A stretch of 64,000 bases of DNA from positions 16,678,001 to 16,742,000 of the forward strand of contig NC_043014.1 of NCBI RefSeq assembly GCF_006345805.1. The letters run 5' to 3'. Origin of the DNA: Octopus sinensis (Eukaryota). The translations under genes were made by a program, and so were the position numbers. Below are positions 12,050-22,875 of this stretch, piece after piece; positions within the stretch are counted from its first letter, which is position 1, and every line of letters starts with the position of its first letter. The notes beneath the pieces were generated by a model. It made no database searches and was not told where the DNA came from. It saw only the letters and a list, made by a program, of their open reading frames with translations.

Positions 12050-12497
12050 TCACAAAGTTACCAGCGAAGGATAGATTGTATGATGCTTTTGCATGACCTG
12101 TGATGCTGCCTGGCAATGAGATGTGGGTACTGAATGTTGAGGATGTTCAAAGGCTGCTGGATGTGTAATGTTAGTGTGCATGGATAAAATGTTATAAAAT
12201 AAATGAGCTGAGAGAGAAGGTGGGTGTATGAGGGATCAAAGGTAGGATGTAAGAGATGACTGCTGGTATGGATAAATGATGTGTATGGATGATAAAAAAA
12301 AGATACCAGGAGCTCGATGATGAAGGAAACTGGGGGAGAGAAAGACCAAACAGGATGGATGCAGGAATAGTGATGGCTGATGTTTGGAGGCTGAATCTCA
12401 CAAAAGAGAAGACAAAGGAATGCAACAAATGCTGGCATGCTATGTTGGAAAAGACCCACCTAACCCATGCAAGCATGGAAAAGCGAATATGATAGTG
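12050..12497 (+). mobile_element. Decayed RTE fragment
   Basis: Remnant gcatgacctgtgatgctg...gctggatgtgtaatgttagtgtg of the RTE C-terminus, ending ...gcatggaaaagcgaatatgatagtgatg. Confidence 0.6.
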
Positions 12498-12559
12498 ATG
12501 AAAGACAATGTAAACAAGTTAACCATTAGCCGTTTAGAAAGAATTTAATGAGTACTTAC

Positions 12560-12683
12560 TCTTCTCCATATCAGGTTTATCACTAAGGTCAGAATATCCT
12601 GGACTGGAGTGGTATGGTGGAGTCAGGTTACTTGGAGAAGTACATGAATAAAATCCCTTTAAAATCATCCAAGTAAGGTACAC
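12560..12683 (-). CDS. WDR24: WDR24 coding exon
   Basis: ctgcag|GTG...AAG A|gtaagt. VYLTWMILKGFYSCTSPSNLTPPYHSSPGYSDLSDKPDMEK vs human VAQTWTMLRIIYCS. Confidence 0.9.
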
Positions 12684-14106
12684 CTGCAGAAGACCAACTA
12701 AGTCAATGTCACTATTAGCACCTTTATAATTTACAAGTAGACGAATATTAATATAGCACAGAAATATTGACATATCATACATTTATATGTGTCGCCATGA
12801 TAGATTGTTAGCCACTACACACATTTTTTTCTCTCCTTGTTTTTTCTGTGTCCCTTTCTGTAGAAGAGCAAAGGCTTGAAATGTAAAAGACTTTTTCAAT
12901 TCCTGAGCGTTATACTAGTACATCTGTTCGTTTTGTACACCACCTGTCTTCGTCTTTTGTTTTTTTTCATGAACTCTCCCCACACATTTATATATATGGG
13001 TATGATATAGACAGGTAGCTTCTGCTATAGGCCCACCCCTCAGGCAGATCAAAGCCTTGTGAATGGATTTGGAAGATGGAAACTGAAAAAAAGCACATTG
13101 CGTGTGTTTGCATACATCAGCACTTGCTTTTGCAAATGTTCTGACACTCAAGTGTTGCTCTTGTCACTTCTGTCAATAATACATCGGCTTACTTGATGCC
13201 TTCAAAACCATGAGGAATAAGAGATTCTTTATTTGAAAAACAAGTAGTAATTAGCTTCAGGAAGGGCAAGCATCCAGCTGTAAAAAATGCCTATTATTTG
13301 TCTAACCCATGCTTGTTAGGAAAAATGGGGGCAAAACAAACACACAGAAGACATTAACATGATTTAGACACATGCTATAAATAAGGGCAGGGATTATCTT
13401 TTACAAACATGATCTAAGCTAAGGTACTGATTATCTATGCAAAGAGCACCATATGAGTGTAATTGTTTGACAGAGCGGCTAAGCAGCTTCCGTGCCGGTG
13501 TCACATAAAAGGCACCATTCGAGCGTGATCGTTACCAGCGTTGCCTTTCTGGCACTTGTGCCCGTGCTAGTAGGGTGCCAAGAGCACCATCCGAGCGTGA
13601 TCATTGCCAGAGCAGCCAACTGGCTTCCGCGCTGGTGGTACGTAAAAGGGCATCATTCAAGTGTGATCGTTACCAGTGTCACCTTACTGGCACCTGTGCT
13701 GGTGGCATGTGTAAAAAGATTCGAGCAAGGTCTTTGCCAGTACCGCCTGACTGGCCCCTGTGCTGGTGGCACGTAAAAAGCACCCACTACACTCATGGAG
13801 TGGTTGGCGTTAGGAAGGGCATCCAGCTGTAGAAACTCTGCCAGATCAAGATTGGAGCCTGGTGCAGCCATCTAGTTCGCCAGACCTCAGTCAAAATTGT
13901 CCAACCCATGCTAGCATGGAAAGCGGACGTTAAACGATGATGATGTACACATGGTACGACAATGGATAAAGATTATTTGTTTTCTGTGTATAGTGTACAT
14001 ACAGGGATAGGGTTAGCAATTTCATAGAAATAATAAAAAGAACGATGTTGAACAATTCTCACCAACCAACAACTACAAAATAATATTTTCAAAATTAGAA
14101 ATTTAC

Positions 14107-14223
14107 CTGTTTTCTATTTAGTCTTTGAGCAACAGAAGCATTATGGTCACAGATTTCTTCAAAAGATTTACCATTAAGTTTGTACATATTAGCAGTATTA
14201 ATAAACCAGTCCATAGAAAAATC
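14107..14223 (-). CDS. WDR24: WDR24 coding exon
   Basis: ttttcag|GAT...CAG|gtaaat. DFSMDWFINTANMYKLNGKSFEEICDHNASVAQRLNRKQ vs human [36 protein letters not shown]. Confidence 0.94.
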
Positions 14224-15534
14224 CTGAAAAGAATATGGGTAAACTTAATTAGTAATATTAATGAGTTAAAGTATAATTACATAATTACAAGAAAGGCAGA
14301 AAGTTAATGCTAAATTTTGTTCATTAACTGGGAATGGTAAGTCGTAGATGATAATTCTGAACTAGAGATAAAATGAAAGTGAGAAAAGGTGAGATAATAA
14401 TACTAATAATAAACTTATTGTATACAATGTTCAGCTGCACTTAATTTAGTAAATAATAGAAATAAACCAAAAACTAGTCAATCATAAAGAATAATAATTC
14501 TTTCTGCTATAGGTACAAGCCCTGAAATTTTGGGCTAATTGATTACATCAGGTTTATCACTAATGGCAGATAATGCTCAAATGGGGTCTTATTTTACTAA
14601 CCCTGAAAGGATGAAAGGCAAAGGTAATTTAAATTCAGGAAGATTTGGAAGAAATGTCACTAGGCATTTTGACTGTGCTAAAATTGTGTCAGCTCACTGC
14701 CTTAATAATGGTTTAAAATTTTGGCATACGGTCAGTAATTTCAGAGAAGGGACAAATTGATTACATCAACCCAAGTGTTCAACTAAAACTTATTTAACTG
14801 ACCCCAAAGAGATGAAAAACAAAACTAACGCTGGTAGAATTTGAACTCAGAATGCTTAGTGGCATTTTGTCCAGTGTGCTAACAATTCTGCCAGCTCACT
14901 GCCTTAATTCTCTTATAAAACCAATAATAATAGTTGTGGCCATTATCATTTTAACATCCACTTTTCCAAGCTTGCATGGGTCAGATGGAATTTATTGAGG
15001 CAGATTTTCTATGGCTAAGGTGTCCTTCTTGTCACCAACACTTACTTGCTTCCAAGCAAGATAATATTTCCCCATGTTGAGACACTTGTATGATGGCGAT
15101 GCTCATGCACAACCATCACATAGTGACATGACAAGGGTACACACATACATACACACACATACTTATATATATATTCTGTTGTGTCTGGGGAGAGTCGTTT
15201 TCTTTTTGTGCCTTATAATATAACACACTCACCGGTAAATTTTTTCTTTTTTTTTTCCCCTAAAATATAAAGAATTTTGCAAACCAAATCCAAAAATGAA
15301 ATATATATATTATGACAGGCTTCTTTCAGTTTCCATCAACCAATTCCACTTACATGGCTTTGGTCAATGCAGAACTATAGTAGAAGACACTTGCACAAGT
15401 GCTATGCAGTGGGACTGAACCCAAAACCATATGGTTGGAAACTAGTCTCTCAATTACTCAGCCATACCTGCACTTAAAGCAACAGCTATGTAATTGTGTC
15501 AGAAATGAGCAAACAACATGGTAAGAGTACTTAC

Positions 15535-15623
15535 TGGGGAAGAATCAGATAGAAATAAATAAAGGTTGCTCTTGGCCCACATGTAATGCTCAGAACTTGG
15601 TGAAGAGGTAGAAGCTTCATCAG
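15535..15623 (-). CDS. WDR24: WDR24 coding exon
   Basis: gtttcag|CT GAT...CCA|gtaagt. (S)DEASTSSPSSEHYMWAKSNLYLFLSDSSP; AKSNLYLF resembles human ASSALSVF. Phase 1 to 0. Confidence 0.85.
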
Positions 15624-15941
15624 CTGAAACAAAGTAAAAATACCTACATTAAATATTGAAATAACAGCAACAATTTAATCTTCATTAAGCTCTGGAAAAC
15701 TGAGATGGTTGAGTGCATCATCGTTATAGTGGAGCTTCCATAAATATATTATATATGTATCAATATATATATATCATCATCATCTAACGTCTGTCTTCCA
15801 TGCTGGCATGGGTTGGACGTTTTGACAGGAGCCAACCAGATAGAAGACTACACCAGGCTATTGTGTCTGCTTTGGCAGGGTTTTTATGGCTGGGTGGCCT
15901 TCCTAACACCAACCACACTGTAGAGTGGACTGAATGCTTTT

Positions 15942-16247
15942 GTTTGTTCCTTCTCGAGCCATGCCTGGCTCATAAGGGCCGGCTTCCCGGTCTCCGTGGC
16001 GTATAGGTTCCCCACCTGGATGGGACGCCAGTCCGTTGCAGGTGAGCTGCAAGATGCAGGAGGAAAGAGTGAGAGAAAGTTGTGGCGAAAGAGTCAGCAG
16101 AAGTTCGCCATTACCTTCTGCCAGAGCCACGTGGAGCTTAGGTGTTTCGCTCATAAACACACACATCGTCCAGTCTGAGATTCGAACCCACGATCCCTCG
16201 ACCGCGAGTCTGCTGTTCTAACCACTAGGCCATGTACCTCCACACAC
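15942..16247 (-). mobile_element. V-domain-like tRNA SINE inserted in an older RTE tail (plus-strand copy 26840-27143)
   Basis: tRNA-like A/B boxes and core gcaacggactggcgtcccatccagg, similar to the recalled V-SINE core. Flanked by 13-bp TSD actga(a/g)tgctttt at 15929-15941 and 16248-16260. Confidence 0.75.
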
Positions 16248-17058
16248 ACTGAGTGCTTTTACATGGCACCAGCACACGTGAGGTCAGTTTCGGCATAGTT
16301 TTTATAGCTGGATGCCCTTCCAAATGCCAACCATTTCACAGTGTGAACTGGATGCCTTTTACATAGCACCAGCACAACCTGCAAGACAAGGAATTTTGAG
16401 AGGGGACAGGGCAATAGAGGAGGTGATCTTGGGTCAGATGATGAAAGATTAGAGTGTGACCAAGAGACAGCGATGTAGAAACAGGTGTCTTGTTATAGAG
16501 GAGGTATATGGTTACCCAGCCAAGAGAAAGAGAGTGATAACAAGAAAGAGGAGAGAAACAGGTGTGCTCTTTGTCACCCTCTAACCTATCATTCTTACAC
16601 GAGTTCCCCTCCTCAAATGTCCCTGCCCCTCTCATAATTCCTTGTCTTGTGAGTTACTTGGTGACCCTGCCAGTATTGGTACCTTGTAAAAAGCATCCAG
16701 CTGTAAAACTCACGCCACAACTAACCTTGCCTGTGCTAGTGCCACATAAAAAGCACCAAGTCCAGTCTGCAGAGTGGTTGGTGTTAGGATTCTCTTTTTA
16801 TAAGAATCGTTAACTAATAAACAATTAACTGATAAACAATTTCACCAGTGATAACTTTAGCTATAATTCATTGTGGATTGATAAAAACACTATCAATAAC
16901 TTAATATGGCTGTTAGATTCTTATCTACAAAACTGATTTTATGGTTTGTTACAATGGATCTCTGCTCTACATCAGTTTGATAATTACTCGTTTTCGACTA
17001 AACAAAAATGGAGACACCTATCTCAGGAAACTTAAGCAAGAACTAACGGAATACTTAC

Positions 17059-17283
17059 AGTAGAACTGTTTGGTAGGTTTGTGTATTTCTGAGATTTGAT
17101 CTCGATATGGTTTCAACAACTGTTCACTCACAGCCTGAGCTACATCACCGTTTTTACTTATATTCACTCCAACACGATTAATGTGATCAAGTGGGTGTTG
17201 AGCCTCTTTAAAAATATTTTGGCACAAATAGCCATCACGACCACAGCTGAGGAGGATGTTGGGACTGTTTCTCCACTGAATAC
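17059..17283 (-). CDS. WDR24: WDR24 coding exon (last WD40 repeat)
   Basis: tttcag|GT ATT CAG TGG...TAC T|gtaagt. IQWRNSPNILLSCGRDGYLCQNIFKEAQHPLDHINRVGVNISKNGDVAQA vs human [41 protein letters not shown]. Confidence 0.94.
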
Positions 17284-17474
17284 CTGAAATCAAATGACGA
17301 CAATAGTAAGTTCAATATTCATAATAAAACTATTAAAAAAATACATTTGTGAGCAACTGTATTTTTATACACAGTTTTATACAAAATGTCTGAAAGTTTT
17401 TTGTTTTTTTTTAATCTATTTTTAAGATATAACTTTAAAATTACACTGTTCTTAAATTTCTTTATTAGAAATAC

Positions 17475-17975
17475 ATACACGAAGAGAATACCCTCCATCA
17501 GGCATTTGCCATATTCTGAATGCCTTACTTCCCTGGGCATGGATACATTGAAACTCCGACGTCTGGCAGTTGACTTGGCAGACACCCATAAAATTATTAA
17601 CCATCTTACCAACAATAACTCTGAGCACCTTTTCAAACTCCACCTGTCTAACACCCGTGGACATGTTTACAAAGTCAGAAAACAGCACAGCTCCCATGAC
17701 TTTCGGAAACATTTTTTCACGCTAAGAGTTGCTGAAGCATGGAACAAACTGCCGGCATCAGTTGTTAGTTGTCGGGGCACTGCATCCTTCAAAACTTCCA
17801 TGCTTCCTGAGATTCGCCAACAATACTACACCTGATTTTCTCCCCTCCATACACACGCAAGCATGTATCTGACTCATACACTGTTCGCTTTCCAGACATT
17901 TGTACATTACTGCATATGCTTTATATGCACTTTTGACAAGTTGTGGTGCACCTGAGCACTGTATACAATAATTTC
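17475..17975 (+). mobile_element. CR1 LINE 3' fragment with open ORF2 C-terminus
   Basis: ORF 17386-17835: ...LPYSECLTSLGMDTLKLRRLAVDL...TRGHVYKVRK...RKHFFTLRVAEAWNKLP, a typical CR1 ORF2 tail. Confidence 0.88.
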
Positions 17976-18041
17976 ATTTTTAAATACATTATTTAAAAAA
18001 ACGAAATGAAAATAATAGTGAAAATGTATTGATCTACATAC

Positions 18042-18240
18042 CAGAAGCCACATCTTTGTGTCTGTTAAAGGCAGCCAGGGGAATGTATGGTCGACGAATA
18101 TCCCAAATATTGACAGCAAAATCCACAAGGAGGGAACTGCTAGCTATAAGATATTTGTAGTCAGGTCGCCACTTACACCTAGCTACTGAGGCCATGGTAT
18201 GTACAATATGAACGACTTTCTTTGTAGGCATATCCCACAC
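18042..18240 (-). CDS. WDR24: WDR24 coding exon (WD40)
   Basis: aatcag|GTG TGG GAT...TCT G|gtatgt. VWDMPTKKVVHIVHTMASVARCKWRPDYKYLIASSSLLVDFAVNIWDIRRPYIPLAAFNRHKDVAS, strongly similar to human WDR24. Confidence 0.96.
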
Positions 18241-18728
18241 CTGATTTGGAAAACAAACACATAAACATATATGATACAAAAAATATCTCATAAAACAAAT
18301 TTAAAAACATTTATCAAAAGACGTTCTTTCCTTATCATCAAAAAGGTTGCATGGATATCTGTAACTCAAATACATCTCAACACCACATTCATAGCCACAA
18401 CTTTTATCTTTGAGCTATCTGGTCTAATTTTTTGAACGACAATTATATAATGAAATGTTTAAAGATGTTCACTACAGCAACAATACTTACTGTATAATAT
18501 ATTCTGCAAATGGGTTCAGAATGTTCTCTCTATAATAGATATATTCTCTATATAGTAACAATTCTAACTTTATGTCATAATATTTGGCTCCAGGTTGCTC
18601 TCAAGATAAGGAATAACAAATGGTTCATATTGCCACTGAACAAAACAACTATGTGTACTGAAGTAACATAAATGAGACTGAGTTTTGGTGACTTTTAATA
18701 CAATTGAGAGGTAGACTTTTAAAACACT

Positions 18729-19055
18729 ACTAGCACTATGACCCGGCGCTGCCAGATCATAGTGCTAGTGCATGCATATACAGCTGCATGCGTGCGCACA
18801 TACACGCGAGTACTGTCCAAATCTCCAACCAATCACATACAGCTAGCTGGCATTCAATTGGCGTATCAAGTTTCAGGTATTCTGATTGGGTCTTGGATAG
18901 AAAATTCACAAAAAAGTCACTTCTATTGATTTTTTAATGGCTTTGTGGGGTGACTGGGGAAATGTAAAGATGTGCACGACCACCCTTGGACGGTTTTGAA
19001 TGACCACAGAAAGTGCAAGCCCCCTAACTGAAAAATTGTGGATTTGTATAAAGGA
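18729..19055 (-). mobile_element. Helitron copy split by the RTE insertion; remainder at 22876-22917
   Basis: Colinear with 2246-2620 up to gtataaagga; the missing end (acacacacagacagacattttgccgtttatatatatagagat) resumes after the RTE (gat)n tail. Confidence 0.85.
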
Positions 19056-22000
19056 GGTGTGGAAACAAGGATTAGAATCGAAGGGCCTTAGAATCAACCT
19101 AGCCAAAACCAAAGTCCTAATAAGTAGGAAGGTAGATAAATCACAAACGCCTTCAGGTAGATGGCCCTGCTCGATCTGTAAAAAAGGTGTAGGTAGAAAC
19201 TCTATAAGATGCACCAAGTGTAAGCTATGGACACATAAGAGGTGCAGCAATGTCAAAGGAAGGCTAACTAGGAAAATAGTTTTTGTCTGTGGCAAATGCT
19301 CAGGAGCAATAAACACTGGAAATGTGCAGAGACCAACTTCTGCCACGTTCCAGGGAGACAAACTAGAAGTAGTTGATAGCTTCCGCTACCTAGGAGACCA
19401 AGTCAGTAGCGGGGGTGGGTGTGCTGAAAGTGTAACTGCTAGAGTAAGAATAGCCTGGGCAAAGTTTAGAGAGCTCTTACCCCTGCTGGTGACAAAAGGC
19501 CTCTCGCTCAGAGTAAAAGGCAGACTGTATGATGCATGTGTACGTACAGCCATGCTACATGGTAGTGAAACATGGGCCGTGACTGCTGAGGATATGCATA
19601 AGCTCGCAAGAAATGAAGCCAGTATGCTCCGATGGATGTGTAATGTCAGTGTTCATAATCGTCAGAGTGTAAGTTCCTTGAGAGAAAAGTTGAACCTAAG
19701 AAGCGTCAGTTGTGGTGTGCAAGAGAGACGGCTGCGCTGGTATGGTCATGTGACGAGAAAGGCTGAAGATAGTTGTGTGCAAAAGTGCTACACCCTAGCA
19801 GTTGAGGGAACCTGTGGAAGAGGTAGACCCAGGAAAACCTGGGACGAGGTGGTGAAGCACGACCTTCGAACTTTAGGTCTCACTAAGGAAATGTCTAGAG
19901 ACCGATACCTATGGAAGTATGCTGTGCGTGAGAAGACCCGGCAAGACTAGTCAGGCCATAACCCGTGGCCCCTACCTGGGACGTAGTCAGTCCACCTGTG
20001 CATACCTTCCTTCTTGTGACACTTATGAAGACCTGTTGAGGCAAGTGAAAATCAAATCAAAACAAATCAAAATAGATGAACATCAATGGAATTGTATCTT
20101 TGTGGTACCAGTGCCGGTGGCACACAAGAAAACCACCCGAACGTGGCCGTAGCCAGTACCGCATCGACTGGCCTCTGTGCTGTGGGCACAACAAACACCA
20201 TCCGATCGTGGCCGTTTGCCAGCCTCATCTGGCACCTGTGTCGGTGGCACATAAAAACACCATCCGAAGACCCGGAGACGTAGTCAGTCCACCTGTGCAT
20301 ACCTCCCTCTTATGACACTTGTGAAGACCTGTTGAGGCAAGTGTGTGACACTTGTGAAGACCTGTTGAGGCAGAGGCAAGTGTGTGACACTTTGTGAAGA
20401 CCTGTTGAGGCAGAGGCAAGTGTGTGACACTTGTGGAGACCTGTTGAGGCAAGTGTGTGACACGCGTGACACTTGTGAAGACCTGTTGAGGCAAGTGTGT
20501 GACACTTGTGAAGATCTGTTGAGGCAAGTGAAAATCAAAATCAAACCAAATCAAAATAGATGAACATCAATGGAATTTGTATCTTTGTGGTACCAGTACC
20601 GGTGGCACACAAGAAAACCATCCGAACGTGGCCGTAGCCAGTACCGCATCGACTGGCCTCCGTGCTGTGGGCACAACAAACACCATCCGATCGTGGCCGT
20701 TCGCCAGCCTCATCTGGCACCTGTGTCGGTGGCACATAAAAACACCATCCGAAGACCCGGCGACGTAGTCAGTCCACCTGTGCATACCTTCCTTCTTATG
20801 ACACTTGTGAAGACCTGGTGAGGCAAGTGTGTGACACTTGTGAAGACCTGTTGAGGCAGAGGCAAGTGTGTGACACTTGTGAAGACCTGTTGAGGCAGAG
20901 GCAAGTGTATGACACTTGTGAAGACCTGTTGAGGCAAGTGAAAATCAAACCAAATCAAAATAGATGAACATCAATGGAATTTGTATCTTTGTGGTACCAG
21001 TACCGGTGGCACACAAGAAAACCATCCGAACGTGGCCGTAGCCAGTACCGCATCGACTGGCCTCTGTGATGTGGGCACATAACAAACACCATCCGATCGT
21101 GGTGGCCCCTACCTGGGACGTAGTCAGTCCACCTGTGCATACCTTCCTTCTTGTGACACTTGTGAAGACCTGTTGAGGCAAGTGAAAATCAACAAATCAA
21201 AAAATCAAAACAAATCAAAATAGATGAACATCAATGGAATCTGTATCTCTGTGGTACCAGTGCCGGTGGCACACAAGAAAACCATCCGAACGTGGCTGTA
21301 GCCAGTACCGCATCGACTGGCCTCCGTGCTGTGGGCACATAACAAACGCCATCCGATCGTGGCCGTTCGCCAGCCTCATCTGGCACCTGTCCGAAGACCC
21401 GGCAAGACTAGTCAGGCCATAGCCCGTGGCCCTTTCCTGGGACGTAGTCAGTCCACCTGTGCATACCTTCCTTCTTATGACACTTGTGAAGACCTGTTGA
21501 GGCAAGTGCTAATCAAATCAAATGACACTTGTGAAGGCCTGTTGAGGCAAGTGATAATAATAATAATAATAATAATAATAATCATAATCAAATCAAATCA
21601 AAACAAATCAAAATAGATGAACATCAATGGAATCTGTATCTCTGTGGTACCAGTGCCGGTGGCACACAAGAAAACCATCCGAACGTGGCTGTAGCCAGTA
21701 CCGCATCGACTGGCCTCCGTGCTGTGGGCACATAACAAACGCCATCCGATCGTGGCCGTTCGCCAGCCTCATCTGGCACCTGTCCGAAGACCCGGCAAGA
21801 CTAGTCAGGCCATAGCCCGTGGCCCTTTCCTGGGACGTAGTCAGTCCACCTGTGCATACCTTCCTTCTTATGACACTTGTGAAGACCTGTTGAGGCAAGT
21901 GCTAATCAAATCAAATGACACTTGTGAAGGCCTGTTGAGGCAAGTGATAATAATAATAATAATAATAATAATAATCATAATCAAATCAAATCAAAACAAA

Positions 22001-22875
22001 TCAAAATAGATGAACATCAATGGAATTTGTATCTTTGTGGTACCAATGCCGGTGGCACACAAGAAAACCATCCGAACGTGGCAGTAGCCAGTACCACATC
22101 GACTGGCCTCCGTGCTGTGGGCACGTAACAAACACCATCCGATCGTGGCCGTTCGCCAGCCTCATCTGGCACCTGTGTTAGTGGCACATAAAAACACCAT
22201 CCAAAGACCCGGCAAGACTAGTCAGGCCATAACCCGTGGCCCCTACCTGGGACGTAGTCAGTCCACCTTCTTATGACACTTGTGAAGACCTGTTGAGGCA
22301 AGTATGTGACACTTGTGAAGACCTGTTGAGGCAAGTGTGTGACAGTTATGAAGACCTGTTGAGGCAAGTGAAAATCAAACCAAATCAAAATAGATGAACA
22401 TCAATGGAATTTGTATCTTTGTGGTACCAGTGCCGGTGGCACACAAGAAAACCATCCGAACGTGGCCGTAGCCAGTACCGCATCGACTGGCCTCCGTGCT
22501 GTAGGCATGTAACAAGCACCATCCGATCGTGGCCGTTCGCCAGCCTCATCTGGCACTTGTGTCGGTGGCACATAAAAACACCATCCGAGCGTGGCCGTCT
22601 GCCAGCCTCGTCTGGCACCTGTGTCGGTGGCACATAAAAAACACCATCCGAGCGTGGCCGTTCGCCAGCCTCGTCTGGCACCTGTGTCGGTGGCACATAA
22701 AATCACCCACTACACTCTCGGAGTGGTTGGCGTTAGGAAGGGCATCCAGCTGTAGAAACACTGCCAGATCTGACTGGCCTGGTGCAGCCTTCGGGCTCCC
22801 CAGACTCCAGTTGAACCGTCCAACCCATGCTAGCATGGAAAGCGGACGTTAAATGAGGATGATGATGATGATGAT
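19056..22875 (+). mobile_element. 5'-truncated RTE LINE (copy A): open RT C-terminus with PHD finger and tandem-array 3' UTR
   Basis: ORF to 19950: KGLRINLAKTKVL...FRYLG...ARVRIAWAKFREL...AMLHGSETW...RLRWYGHV...GRGRPRKTW. Then 7 tandem units, a unique terminus and (gat)n. Confidence 0.92.
19932..22702 (+). repeat. Tandem array A: 7 units of ~290-490 bp (base unit ~334 bp)
   Basis: Unit starts at 19932, 20266, 20751, ~21101, 21393, 21786 and 22203. Nested 28-35-bp and ~60-bp subrepeats plus (AATCA)n and (TAA)n. Confidence 0.92.

Noticed and set aside
13193-13226. 34-nt pseudo-exon (aataaag|...|gtaagc) in a WDR24 intron
   Set aside because: The flanking exons already join in phase 0, it would frameshift, and it has no WDR24 similarity.
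16160-16247. tRNA gene candidates at SINE heads (also 26840-26900, 5127-5200)
   Set aside because: A/B boxes run into SINE cores and tails and lack complete cloverleaves.
19940-20020. HDV-like ribozyme (CAG-TCCAC-CTG, CCC-loop-GGG)
   Set aside because: No P2 partner or J4/2 could be found; the possible P1 pairing exists only in the first unit.
20030-20110. Hammerhead-like cTGTTGAg...GAAA in each array unit (retrozyme hypothesis)
   Set aside because: Core reads CUGUUGA rather than CUGANGA, stems II and III do not pair convincingly, and the older RTE copy has cctattgagtcaagtaaaa at this position.
19932-22702. CRISPR-like or head-to-tail telomeric retroelement array
   Set aside because: No unique spacers, eukaryotic context, and no (gat)n tail between units, so these are neither CRISPR repeats nor successive insertions.
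19919-22852. Many 60-110-aa ORFs in the arrays (also 42661-44544)
   Set aside because: They are overlapping translations of a non-coding tandem repeat in several frames with no recognisable protein family.
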